64,000 nt of DNA from Octopus sinensis (taxonomy: Eukaryota): contig NC_043020.1 in assembly GCF_006345805.1 (NCBI RefSeq), positions 10,974,001 through 11,038,000 of the forward strand, written 5' to 3'. Made by a program: the position numbers and the translations under genes. Below, in pieces: positions 1-12,070 of this stretch. The notes under the pieces were generated by a model. The model had not been told where the DNA came from, ran no database searches, and saw only the letters and a program-made list of their open reading frames with translations. Each line of letters starts with the position of its first letter. Positions within the stretch are counted from its first letter, which is position 1.

Positions 1-359
1 CCACCACCACCACCACCACCACCCTATATAAACTAGTGCATGCACTCAGATTCCCCTACTCGATTCTTTCTATTAATGCCTCCACCAAAGGAATACATAT
101 CCAGAAGATGAACTCATCTAAATTTGCAAGTTCGCAGTATGACCGCCCTCCCACCCCTCCACCTGTACCGAAAGTTCCTATTCTCTGTCATCCTTTAGTT
201 GTCTCCCATGAACACTTCTAAAGGCTTTATGCCATCCATACCCCCAACTCAGGGTTATCTCCTATGTAAGGTAGTGATCATATAGTGCAAAAATATGATA
301 GTGTAGTGTATGCAGGTTGAATTGAAAGCTATTGTTTGCTTATGAAGTCTGCTAAATGC

Positions 360-694
360 GAGCTTTCTTTTCAGGTACCTGACGCTGCTGTCCTCCGTCC
401 CAGGGTCTCACAGGCCCATAACTCCCACACCCTCAGGGTTGGCACTCTCAACGTCGACACACTGAAAGGTAGGTCTCTTTTACTCTTTTACTTGTTTCAG
501 ACATTTGACTGCGGCCATGCTGGAGCACCGCCTTTTAATCGAGCAACTCGACCCCGGGACTTATTCTTTTGTAAGCCCAGTACTTATTCTATCGGTCTCT
601 TTTGCTGAACCGCTAAGTAACGGGGACATAAACACACCAGCATCGGTTGTCAAGCTATGCTAGGGGGACCAACACAGACACACAAACACACACA

Positions 695-744
<50 letters not shown>

Positions 745-1581
745 TACGATGGGTTTCTTCCAGTTTCCGTCTACCAAATCCACTCACAAGGCTTTGGTCA
801 GCCCGAGGCTATAGTAGAAGACACTTGCCCAAGGTGCCACGCAGTGGGACTGAATCAGGAACCATGTGGTTGGTAAACAAGCTACTTACCACACAGCCAC
901 TCCTGCTGGTGAGATTGTTGAGATGCTTGAACGGAGATGTGTCAATATGTACTGCATCCAAGAAGTAAGATGGAGAGGAGGTTCCGCTAGGTTCTTCACA
1001 GGCAAAGAACACAGGTACAAGATTTTTCTGGGCAGGGAACATTGACGGGGTCGGGGCTTGGGTATACTTCTTGTGGAGAAATAGGTGGACAAGGTAATCG
1101 AGGTTGTCAGGGTATGAAACAGAATACTTAAGATTAGATTAGTACTTCATCATGGGTTAGCAACCAATATCTCGGCCTATGCCCACATAGATGATCGTTC
1201 ACTTGCACTAAATGAGGCTGCAAAGAGAGAGGTTTGGAGACGCCACTATGAGAGGTTGCTCAATAAAGAAAATGAATGGGAGAAAGAGAGTCTGCCGAAT
1301 GTCGACCCAACAGAGGGACCAGCTATCTGAGTTGACAGTACCTTGGTAGATAAAGCAATTAAGAGTATGAAGACAGGGAAAGCCCCCGGTCCATCAGGAA
1401 TCACTGCAGAGATGCTTAAAATATCTGGCTGTGTTGGCTATAGCCTCGTTGCCTCGTCACCCGTATAGTTAACCAGGCGATACACGAAGGAGTCATGCTC
1501 AATCACTGGTGTAGCAGCACTATAGTCAACTGCTACAAAGGTGAAGGTAACGCTTTAGATACAAATAATTACAGAGGTATC
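360..1581 (+). mobile_element. RTE-clade LINE 5' fragment (APE endonuclease plus RT start), split by a SINE and internally deleted
   Basis: HTLRVGTLNVDTLKGRS / GEIVEMLERRCV...IQEVRWRG...ISAYAP, then AIKSMKTGKAPGPSGITAEMLK...NYRGI; contains stops and frameshifts. Confidence 0.85.
477..906 (-). mobile_element. tRNA-derived CORE-type SINE (family S1)
   Basis: tRNA-like head, ccttgggcaagtg CORE motif, internal (TA)n, tail gctccagcatggccgcagtcaaatg; inserted inside the RTE APE coding sequence. Confidence 0.85.
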
Positions 1582-1666
1582 ACACACATATACATACTAA
1601 AAAGATGTACACATATGTATTGCTGTCTGTACATATACATGACAACACACCCCTTCAGTTACTCTG

Positions 1667-1706
<40 letters not shown>

Positions 1707-2278
1707 ATACACACACACACACACACACATCCATTTCATATACATGTACATACAATTTTTCACTTTCTCTTTTCTCTCACTTTAAAACAAAAGTAAATGA
1801 ATAAAATCTTTCCATGGAAATTAACAAACTCTGGATGATGAAATCACATTCAGTTAAAAATATATTTAATAATTGAAATATTGTGTACAAAAAAAAAATT
1901 GAAATATTGTGTACATCAACTCTTCTTTTTTCTTAGAGAGCGTAAAGACGATGTGTGTGTATATGTCACAGATAGCGAGCAGGTGTTTGTGTTGACTGAC
2001 ATGACATGACATTCGTTATATGTATTCTGTATGAGTGTATGTGTGTTGATGTCACGGAAACCATGTATTTTCATCAAGAAAAGATAAAATATATCATTCC
2101 TGAAATATGTCAGTTACACACAAACATCCATAGAGTTTTAGTATTATTAAGGTAAGAAAAACTAAATCAAGTATCAAAGAACAAAAAGGATAAACTCAAG
2201 TGGAATTCTCCAAAGTAGGGCTTAAACATAAACACAGATTCAAATTTAAATCACAAAACAACATTTCATTGATGATTA

Positions 2279-2652
2279 TTAGTTTAACCTGCTCATATAC
2301 AAAAAGCTAGAGGGCTTATTGGGGCTGATGAATTTTGCCTGGTTCATCCTCAAAAATACTGCGTCATTAACTGTAAGTTTGTATCTAAATGATAATTGTA
2401 TCATGGCATGTTCCGTTATGTTTAAAGAACTTGAACTTTTCTTCATGAACACATAATCTTTTTCACTATTCTTTCTCTCCAACATTATGGTTGTAACTGC
2501 TGGTGGAGCACCAACTGGAATATGTAATTGCACTGCACAAGTTATTTGGTAAATCCCATCTTGAGGTATAACAATGTAACTGCCATTAATCAGTTTGATG
2601 TTGCCTAGATCCTGGCTCTCATCTTTTATCCACTGTAAATTAGTCGGTCCAT
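2279..2652 (-). CDS. TNF-like gene A exon 4 (TNF homology domain, 374 nt to stop)
   Basis: tttttcag|ATGGACCG acceptor (phase 1); [35 protein letters not shown]...[10 protein letters not shown]; by hand alignment about half of the residues are identical to gene B exon 4. Confidence 0.9.
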
Positions 2653-5600
2653 CTGAAAAATAAATAATAATAGTAATAATAATAATCCACTCTAAATAAT
2701 CCATCTGAAAAAGAAATAATAATAGTAATAATAATAATCCACTGTAAATAATCCATATGAAAAAGAAATAATAATAGTAATAATAATAATCCACTGTAAA
2801 TAATCCATCTGAAAAAGAAATAATAATAGTAATAATAATAATCCACTGTAAATAATCCATCTGAAAAAGGAATAATAATAGTAATAATAATAATCCACTG
2901 TAAATAATCCATCCGAAAAAGAAATAATAATAGTAATAATAATAATCCACTGTAAATAATCCATCTGAAAAAGAAATAATAATAGTAATAATAATAATCC
3001 ACTGTAAATAATCCATCTGAAAAAAAATAATAATAGTAATAATAATAATCCACTGTAAATAATCCATCTGAAAAAGAAATAATAATAGTAATAATAATAA
3101 TCCACTGTAAATAATCCATCTGAAAAAGAAATAATAATAGTAATAATAATAATCCACTGTAAATAATCCATCTGAAAAAGAAATAATAATAGTAATAATA
3201 ATAATCCACTGTAAATAATCCATCTGAAAAAGAAATAATAATAGTAATAATAATAATCCACTGTAAATAATCCATCCGAAAAAGAAATAATAATAGTAAT
3301 AATAATAATCCACTGTAAATAATCCATATGAAAAAGAAATAATAATAGTAATAATAATAATCCACTGTAAATAATCCATCTGAAAAAGAAATAATAATAG
3401 TAATAATAATAATCCACTGTAAATAATCCATCCGAAAAAGAAATAATAATAGTAATAATAATAATCCACTGTAAATAATCCATCTGAAAAAGAAATAATA
3501 ATAATAGTAATAATAATAATCCACTGTAAATAATCCATCTGAAAAAGGAATAATAATAGTAATAATAATAATCCACTGTAAATAATCCATCCGAAAAAGA
3601 AATAATAATAGTAATAATAATAATCCACTGTAAATAATCCATCTGAAAAAGAAATAATAATAGTAATAATAATAATCCACTGTAAATAATCCATCTGAAA
3701 AAAAATAATAATAGTAATAATAATAATCCACTGTAAATAATCCATCTGAAAAAGAAATAATAATAGTAATAATAATAATCCACTGTAAATAATCCATCTG
3801 AAAAAGAAATAATAATAGTAATAATAATAATCCACTGTAAATAATCCATCTGAAAAAGAAATAATAATAGTAATAATAATAATCCACTGTAAATAATCCA
3901 TCTGAAAAAGAAATAATAATAGTAATAATAATAATCCACTGTAAATAATCCATCTGAAAAAGGAATAATAATAGTAATAATAATAATCCACTCTAAATAA
4001 TCCATCTGAAAAAGAAATAATAATAGTAATAATAATAATCCACTCTAAATAATCCATCTGAAAAAGAAATAATAATAGTAATAATAATAATCCACTGTAA
4101 ATAATCCGTCCGAAAAAGAAATAATAATAGTAATAATAATAGTCCACTGTAAATAATCCATCTGAAAAATAAATAATAATAGTAATAATAATAATCCACT
4201 GTAAATAATCCATCTGAAAAAGAAATAATAATAGTAATAATAATAATCCACTGTAAATAATCCATCCGAAAAAGAAATAATAATAGTAATAATAATAATC
4301 CACTGTAAATAATCCATATGAAAAAGAAATAATAATAGTAATAATAATAATCCACAGTAAATAATCCATCTGAAAAAGAAATAATAATAGTAATAATAAT
4401 AATCCACTGTAAATAATCCATCTGAAAAAGAAATAATAATAGTAATAATAATAATCCACTGTAAATAATCCATCCGAAAAAGAAATAATAATAGTAATAA
4501 TAATAATCCACTGTAAATAATCCATATGAAAAAGAAATAATAATAGTAATAATAATAATCCACAGTAAATAATCCATCTGAAAAAGAAATAATAATAGTA
4601 ATAATAATAATCCACTGTAAATAATCCATCTGAAAAAGAAATAATAATAGTAATAATAATAGTCCACTGTAAATAATCCATCTGAAAAAGAAATAATAAT
4701 AGTAATAATAATAATCCACTGTAAATAATCCATCCGAAAAAGAAATAATAATAGTAATAATAATAATCCACTGTAAATAATCCATATGAAAAATAAATAA
4801 TAATAGTAATAATAATAATCCACTGTAAATAATCCATCTGAAAAAGAAATAATAATAGTAATAATAATAATCCACTGTAAATAATCCATCTGAAAAAGAA
4901 ATAATAATAGTAATAATAATAATCCACTGTAAATAATCCATATGAAAAATAAATAATAATAGTAATAATAATAATCCACTGTAAATAATCCATCTGAAAA
5001 AGAAATAATAATAGTAATAATAATAATCCACTGTAAATAATCCATCCGAAAAAGAAATAATAATAGTAATAATAATAATCCACTGTAAATAATCCATCTG
5101 AAAAAGAAATAATAATAATAGTAATAATAATAGTAGTAATAATAATAACAATAATAATAATAATAATAATAATAATTGCTTTTATTTGCCAAGGATAAGG
5201 GGGACAATACAAAGACAGACATAATGTTCTGGGGTTTAGATATAACAAAATAATAAACAAAAAAAAAAGAAAGCATACATGGTATATAATAAAACAAAGG
5301 TAAGTACACTTAGTATGCAACAGTAAATAGAAAGTAGAAGGGTAAGAAATGGATGATGATGGGGTCTTCCTGATACAGGAGGACCTCTAGGGATAATTGA
5401 GAAAACCCAAGGCAAGAACACTCTCCAATACCTACTTTCCAGCTCACAGGTCTATACGTAGTGGTACCATCCACTCTTGCCATTTTCACAATTTTCATCC
5501 ACCTTTCAATAGATTCACTCAAGGACAGCACCTCCCTCTCTATCCTCACTTTCCTTTTCAAGGTAAAACTTGAAAAAGTCAATAGGGGCTCTACCAAGGT

Positions 5601-8600
5601 CTCTGTCCTCATACCTTTCAGCCCTGTCCATCATACAACTGCTTTTGCAATCACCCACAAACAAAGGAAAACTGCCTCCCCTGCAGTAAAGCAAGGTGGT
5701 GGGCCAATCATCACTATGGATTTGATTGATAGACAGATCCATCCCACATGTAACAACAGTGGAGGCACATGGCCTAGTGGTTAGAGCAGTGGTCTCGCAG
5801 TCAAGGGATCGTAGGTTATCATTCAGCTAGTGTTAGAAACATAAATTGTGACTAAGGTTTGGTGGAAGATTTTAATTCAAAACTTATGAAAACAAGACAT
5901 TTGTACTACAGAGCTAGAGGCAGTTTCAGCCGGGTTGGTAACAAAAGGGTTAAGGGGATAATTCAACTTATGAGAAAAAGCGTGCAATAAATCTGTATAA
6001 ATCAGCTTACCTAACTCAGTGTAACCCCTTGTTTTTAGGAGAAAGAAGGCATGTTGAACTGAAAGATAAGAAGAGAGAAAGCAGACAGTGAGAAGGATAT
6101 ATTTGAATACAGGTTCAATATCTGGCAGAAGACTAAAACCAGAAAGGACATTTCTTGATGTATTTCATATATTTAATATTTCAGATTATCATCTAATAAA
6201 TAACTATACAACATATCAACTGTTTCACAATTATTATTATCATAATTAAAATGATCTACATAGACAACAATTATTAACCATTAATGAAAGAGAGCCAAGA
6301 CTTTATAAATATCTATATATTACACCCATCACTTGTAGTTTCATGAGCTTTAATATGGTCAGTTGTATAGAAGCGATGCTTTGCTGGGACTCATCCTCCT
6401 CATCATCATCATCATTTAATGTCCACTTTCCATGCTAGCATGGGTTGGACGATTTGACTGAGGTCTGGCGAACCAGACTCCGATCTGATCTGGCAGTGTT
6501 TCTACAGCTGGATGCCCTTCCCAACGCCAACCACTCCGAGAGTGTAGTGGGTGCTTTTACGTGCCACCGGCACAAGGGCCTGTTTGGCGATACTGGCAAC
6601 GGCCATGACCAAATGGTGCTTTTTACGTGCCACCTGCACAGGAGCCAGTCCAGTGGCACTGGTGACGACCTCGCTCGAATGTTTCACATGCCACCAGCAC
6701 AGGTGCTAGTAAGGTGACTCAGTAACGATCACGCTCGAATGATGTGCATAAATGTGCCAAGTTTAGTACAATTCTAGTAAACATGTACAGGAGGCTTCAT
6801 CCTATCAAAGTGTCATCTAAAGCCATGGTCCAGTTAATCCTTGTAGACATTTCATTCAAATATTTAATGATGTGGGTATTTTTACTATTTATTTCTTTAG
6901 TATGTCTGATATTTTTCAAGTTGCCTATCTTAAGACTGTAATGTATTGAGGACATGTTTAGTCCCCAAAGTCCATCCCCTCCTCACCGTGGCAGGGACGC
7001 TGGCAACGGGTAGTGTCATAGCTATGCTGTCGGGAACTTCAGTTCCTGGTAGGGCCACCCGAGGCGGATTGGTCTGACACCTAGTGGTATTAGGGCCACA
7101 ACCCAGCGGTGAAAATCGTCGGAGTGTCTGTTTCGGCAACCGGCGGCTTCTCGGTCGTTCTGTCCCTGCGCCTGCGGACAATCTGCGGCAAACAGGATGT
7201 CTCTACATGCGGGATAGTGTCATAGCTATGCTGTCGGGAACTTCAGTTCCTGGTAGGGCCACCCGAGGCAGATTGGTCTGACACCTAGTGGTATTAGGGC
7301 CACAACCCAGCGGTGAAAATCGTCGGAGTGTCTGTTTCGGCAACCGGCGGCTTCTCGGTCGTTCTGTCCCTGCGTCTGCGGACAATCTGCGGCAAACAGG
7401 ATGTCTCTACATGCGGGATTGTTGGGGACCGCTTGTGAAATTCATATTCCCACGAAACTTCTTCCACTGCCATGGTTCGAGATGCCTCGAGGGTGGTAGA
7501 AGAAGCCGACTCAACCCGCCCAGGGTGAATGTCGCCACAAGTACAAGTAAGTAAGTAAGTATGTTTAGTGATTTAACGTTACAATATGTTATGGTGTCAG
7601 AGGATTTTATAGACACATGGATGGTGTAATGGTGACAACATATATACTTACATAGTGGAGGAGCTGGTAGAGGATACTGCCGCTAAAGTAGAAAGATAAG
7701 GAAATGAGAAAAGGACAATTAAGACGGTAATTGGTGTTGTTTATATTACTTTCATCATATTACTCCCTCCTTTACAATTTGTCAGTCTTGTTACAGTCTT
7801 GTCACAGTCTTGGTACGGACCTGATACACTTGTTACAGCATTGTTATTCTCCAGTAACTCACTTGTTATACTCCAATTACTTTTGTCTTACACTTGATAC
7901 ACCATTGTAACATTCCTGTTAGTATTTGTTTCTTGTTACATAGTCTGCCATTACATTCATGTTACAAACATGTTACATGTATTATTACTGTTACATACAT
8001 TATTGCTATGTAGCTGTACTATTAATCTTGTTATACTCACAACTGTCAGCTTACTCTTGAGATGGTTGATCAGTGGAGACATAGATTTTATTCATAATGA
8101 CTTCTACAGGATCTGATTATTATCTGTTTCTTTACTACCCACAAGGGGCTAAACACAGAGGGGACAAACAAGGACAGACAAACGGATTAAGCCAATTGTA
8201 TCGACCCCAGTGCGTAACTGCTACTTATTTAATCGACCCCAAAAGGATGAAAGGCAAAGTCAACCTCGGCAGAATTTGAACTCAGAACGTAGCAATGAGT
8301 TCAAATTCCGCCGAGGTCGACTTTGCTTTCCATCCTTTCGGGGGTCGATATAATCGACTTAATACGGTTGTCTGTCCTTGTTTGTCCCCTCTGTGTTTAG
8401 TCCCTTGTGGGTTGATCATTGGAGACATAGATTTTATTCATAATGACTTCTACAGGATCTGATTATTATCTGTTTCTTTATTACCCACAAGGGGCTAAAC
8501 ATAGAAGGGACAAACAAGGACAGACACACGGATTAAGTCGATTCTATCGACCTCAGTGCGTAACTGGTATTTAATTTATCGACCCCAAAAGGATGAAAGG

Positions 8601-11600
8601 CAAAGTCAACCTCAGCAGAATTTGAACTCAGAACGTAGCAATGAGTTCAAATTCCGCCGAGGTCGACTTTGCTTTTTATCCTTTCGGGGTCGATAAGTTA
8701 AGTACCAGTTAGGCACTGGGGTCGATATAATTGACTTAATCCGGTTGTCTGTCCTTGTTTGTCTCTCTGTGTTTGGCCCCTTGTGGGTAGTAAAGAAATA
8801 GGTATTTCGTCCGCTGTAACGTTCTGAGTTCAAATTCTGCCGAGGTCAACTTTGCCTTTCATCCTTTCGGGTTCGATAAATTAAGTACCAGTTACGCACT
8901 GGGGTTGATATAATTGACTTAATCCGGTTGTCTGTCCTTGTTTGTCCCCTCTATGTTTAGCCCCTTGTGGGTAATAAAGAAACAGATAATAATCATATCC
9001 TCTGATTATTATCATTAAAAACAGAAAACAGAAGAAGCAGAGACAGATGCAGCATTGGAAACAGATGATGGGGTAAGCTTGTGACACCCCACAGGACTTG
9101 CTGAATTCTATCACAATGGCCCCTTATTCAAGAATGGTCATAAAAATGAATGACGAAAAAACTGAAGCATTTCTTTACATTCTATAGTCAGGAAGATCTT
9201 TACAAAAATGTTACTCAACAGATTCAGAGAATCAATCACCGTATATTTACCTGAATCCCAATTATGTTCAGATGGGGATAAGCAGTAGAGACAAGGTGTT
9301 CTTTCTTTATCAGATTCAGAAGAAATACGATGAATGGAACAAACCATATTGCTAATTTTTCCAAATATGTACAATCAGTAGAGATGGCAGGCTTAGTTTT
9401 TAGATAGTTCAGAGAATGACTGTGGAATGACAAAGACATTATATTCCAAGTGAAGTATAAAGCTTTAAGACCGCGACCTGTTTGACAAATTAAACTTTTT
9501 GTGACACCCTACAGGACTTGCTGAATTCTATCACAATGGCCCCTTATTCAAGAATGGTCATAAAAATGAATGACCAAACTACTGAAGCATTTCTTTACAC
9601 TCTATAGTTTTTAGATAGTTCTTTGACAACTTTTGTGACACCCTACAGGACTTGCTGAATTCTATCACAATGGCCCCTTATTCAAGAATGGTCATAAAAA
9701 TGAATGACCAAACTACTGAAGCATTTCTTTACACTCTATAGTTTTTAGATAGTTCTTTGACAACTTTTGTGACACCCTACAGGACTTGCTGAATTCTATC
9801 ACAATGGCCCCTTATTCAAGAATGGTTATAAAAATGAATGACCAAACTACTGAAGCATTTCTTTACACTCTAAAGTTTTTAGATAGTTCTTTGACAAATT
9901 AAACTTTTGTGACACCCTACAGGACTTGCTGAATTCTATCACAATGGTCCCTTATTCAAGAATGGTCATAAAAATGAATGACCAAACTATTGAAGCATTT
10001 CTTTACATTCTATAGTTTTTAGATAGTTCAGAGAATGACTGTGGAATGACAAAGACATTATATTCCAAGTGAAGTATAAAGCTTTAAGACCGCGACCTGT
10101 TTGACAAATTAAACTTTTTGTGACACCCTACAGGACTTGCTGAATTCTATCACAATGGCCCCTTATTCAAGAATGGTCATAAAAATGAATGACCAAACTG
10201 CTGAAGCATTTCTTTACACTCTATAGTTTTTAGATAGTTCTTTGACAAATTAAACTTTTGTGACACCCTACAGGACTTGCTGAATTCTATCACAATGGCC
10301 CCTTATTCAAGAATGGTCATTAAAATGAATGACCAAACTACTGAAGCATTTCTTTACACTCTATAGTTTTTAGATAGTTCTTTGACAAATTAAACTTTTT
10401 GTGACACCCTACAGGACTTGCTGAATTCTTTCACAATGGCCCCTTATTCAAGAATGGTCATAAAAACGAATGACCAAACTATTGAAGCATTTCTTTACAT
10501 TCTATAGTTTTTAGATAGTTCAGAGAATGACTGACGAATGACAAAGACATTATATTCCAAGTGAAGTATTAAGCCTACCGATCAATAACACTGGATAACA
10601 AAAAAACATTTTTTGTATGTTGTTTTAGTTTTCGCATGTCGTGTTCAGCTTTCCATACTTTGTTCCGGGTCTCGCTCATCTGCAAATTTCAACCACTTTA
10701 ACTGATCAGCATTTTTTTATGCAACTGACCTTGTTCACATGCATCTCATGACCAAACCAGTCCAGTTTTCCTACTAGTACATTGCATTGAATTCTTCTTT
10801 ATGCCAAGCTTTTCCTTCAGTACAGTAGCACTCTGTTATACACACACAACCACACACACACACACACACACACACATGTATGTAATGTAAGTAAGTATGT
10901 ATATACACATATAACTGGATGTGCTTGACACATGATAATTATACCATTCAAGTTGCAGCTCTAGTTTTAATCACATTTAAACTCTCATATATATACTATA
11001 TTTATAGTATTTAATTGATACTATATAACTACGAATTGATTATTTCATTAAGTATTTTATCATTTTATTTTAACTATAAGATTTTTGAAAGTTATTATTT
11101 AGCCAACGAGATAAAAAGATAGTTAATTTGCTATAGCAAATTGATACTATATAACTACGAATTTTAATTTTAATTTTTAAGTATTAATTTTTAAGGTAAG
11201 AAACCCACAAATAATCTAATAGCGGTTTTATCTCTAATTTAATATATATATATATATATATACGTGAAGGCGCAATGGCCTAGTGGTTAGGGCAGCGGAC
11301 TCGCGGTTTCGATTCCCAGACCGGGCGTTGTGAGTGTTTATTGAGCGAAAACACTTAAAAGCTCCACGAGGCTCCGGTAGGGGTTGGTGATCCCTGCTGT
11401 ACTCTTTCTCCCACTCTTTCTTCTGTTGGCCTGCTTGCTTAGCCAGCGGGGTGGCGTCATTCAAAGGCTAAAAAAACAATGCGAACGCATTGTGACCAGC
11501 GATGTGTAACAACATCTGATGGTCTGGTCGGTCACGTGATCACGTGATATATATATATATATTTAATGTATGGATTTATGTAATCTAGTGGTAATCACAA

Positions 11601-11909
11601 AAAAGGCTCCTTTAGGGGACCTGGCAACATACCAGTGCATAGGAGCATAGAGTCCTATGCAGTTGAATCGAGTAAATCCAATCAGTGAACATTATTTCAT
11701 GAGGATTATACAGAATGGTATCAAAAGGTTCCTGAACTAGTTAAATTTGGCTGTGTGGTAAGTAGCTTGCTTACGAACCACATGGTTCCAGGTTCAGTCC
11801 CACTGCATGGCACCTTGGGCAAGTATCTTCTACTATAGCCTCAGGCCAACCAAAGCCTTGAGTGGATTTAGTAGACGGAAACTGAAAGAAGCCCATCGTT
11901 TATATGTAC

Positions 11910-11957
<48 letters not shown>

Positions 11958-12007
11958 ACAATTTAACAAATAAAACATATGCATACATATATGTACGTAC
12001 CTACATC

Positions 12008-12070
<63 letters not shown>

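Noticed and set aside
2653-5105. CRISPR-like array (also 9081-10570 and 44127-47463)
   Set aside because: There are no unique spacers, the context is eukaryotic and no cas genes are present; these are tandem repeats.
2279-5320. 1013-aa ORF (and the 368-438 aa overlapping ORFs) read as a real unspliced multi-TM protein
   Set aside because: It is open only because the 52-bp unit has no stop codons. It has no credible start, and only the last 124 codons are a normal exon; repeat-containing isoforms remain hypothetical.
7170-7200. Group I intron Q-like motif (ggacaatctgcggc)
   Set aside because: No P, R or S elements or P7 pairing were found, and the element has TSDs and a retroposon tail.
9081-9190. 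PIF1/Helitron helicase similarity of [11 protein letters not shown]
   Set aside because: Too short and weak to support without a search.
11262-11320. tRNA genes in SINE heads (also 5762-5815 and the S1/S2 heads)
   Set aside because: A and B boxes are present but there is no complete cloverleaf or acceptor stem, and the sequences continue into SINE bodies.
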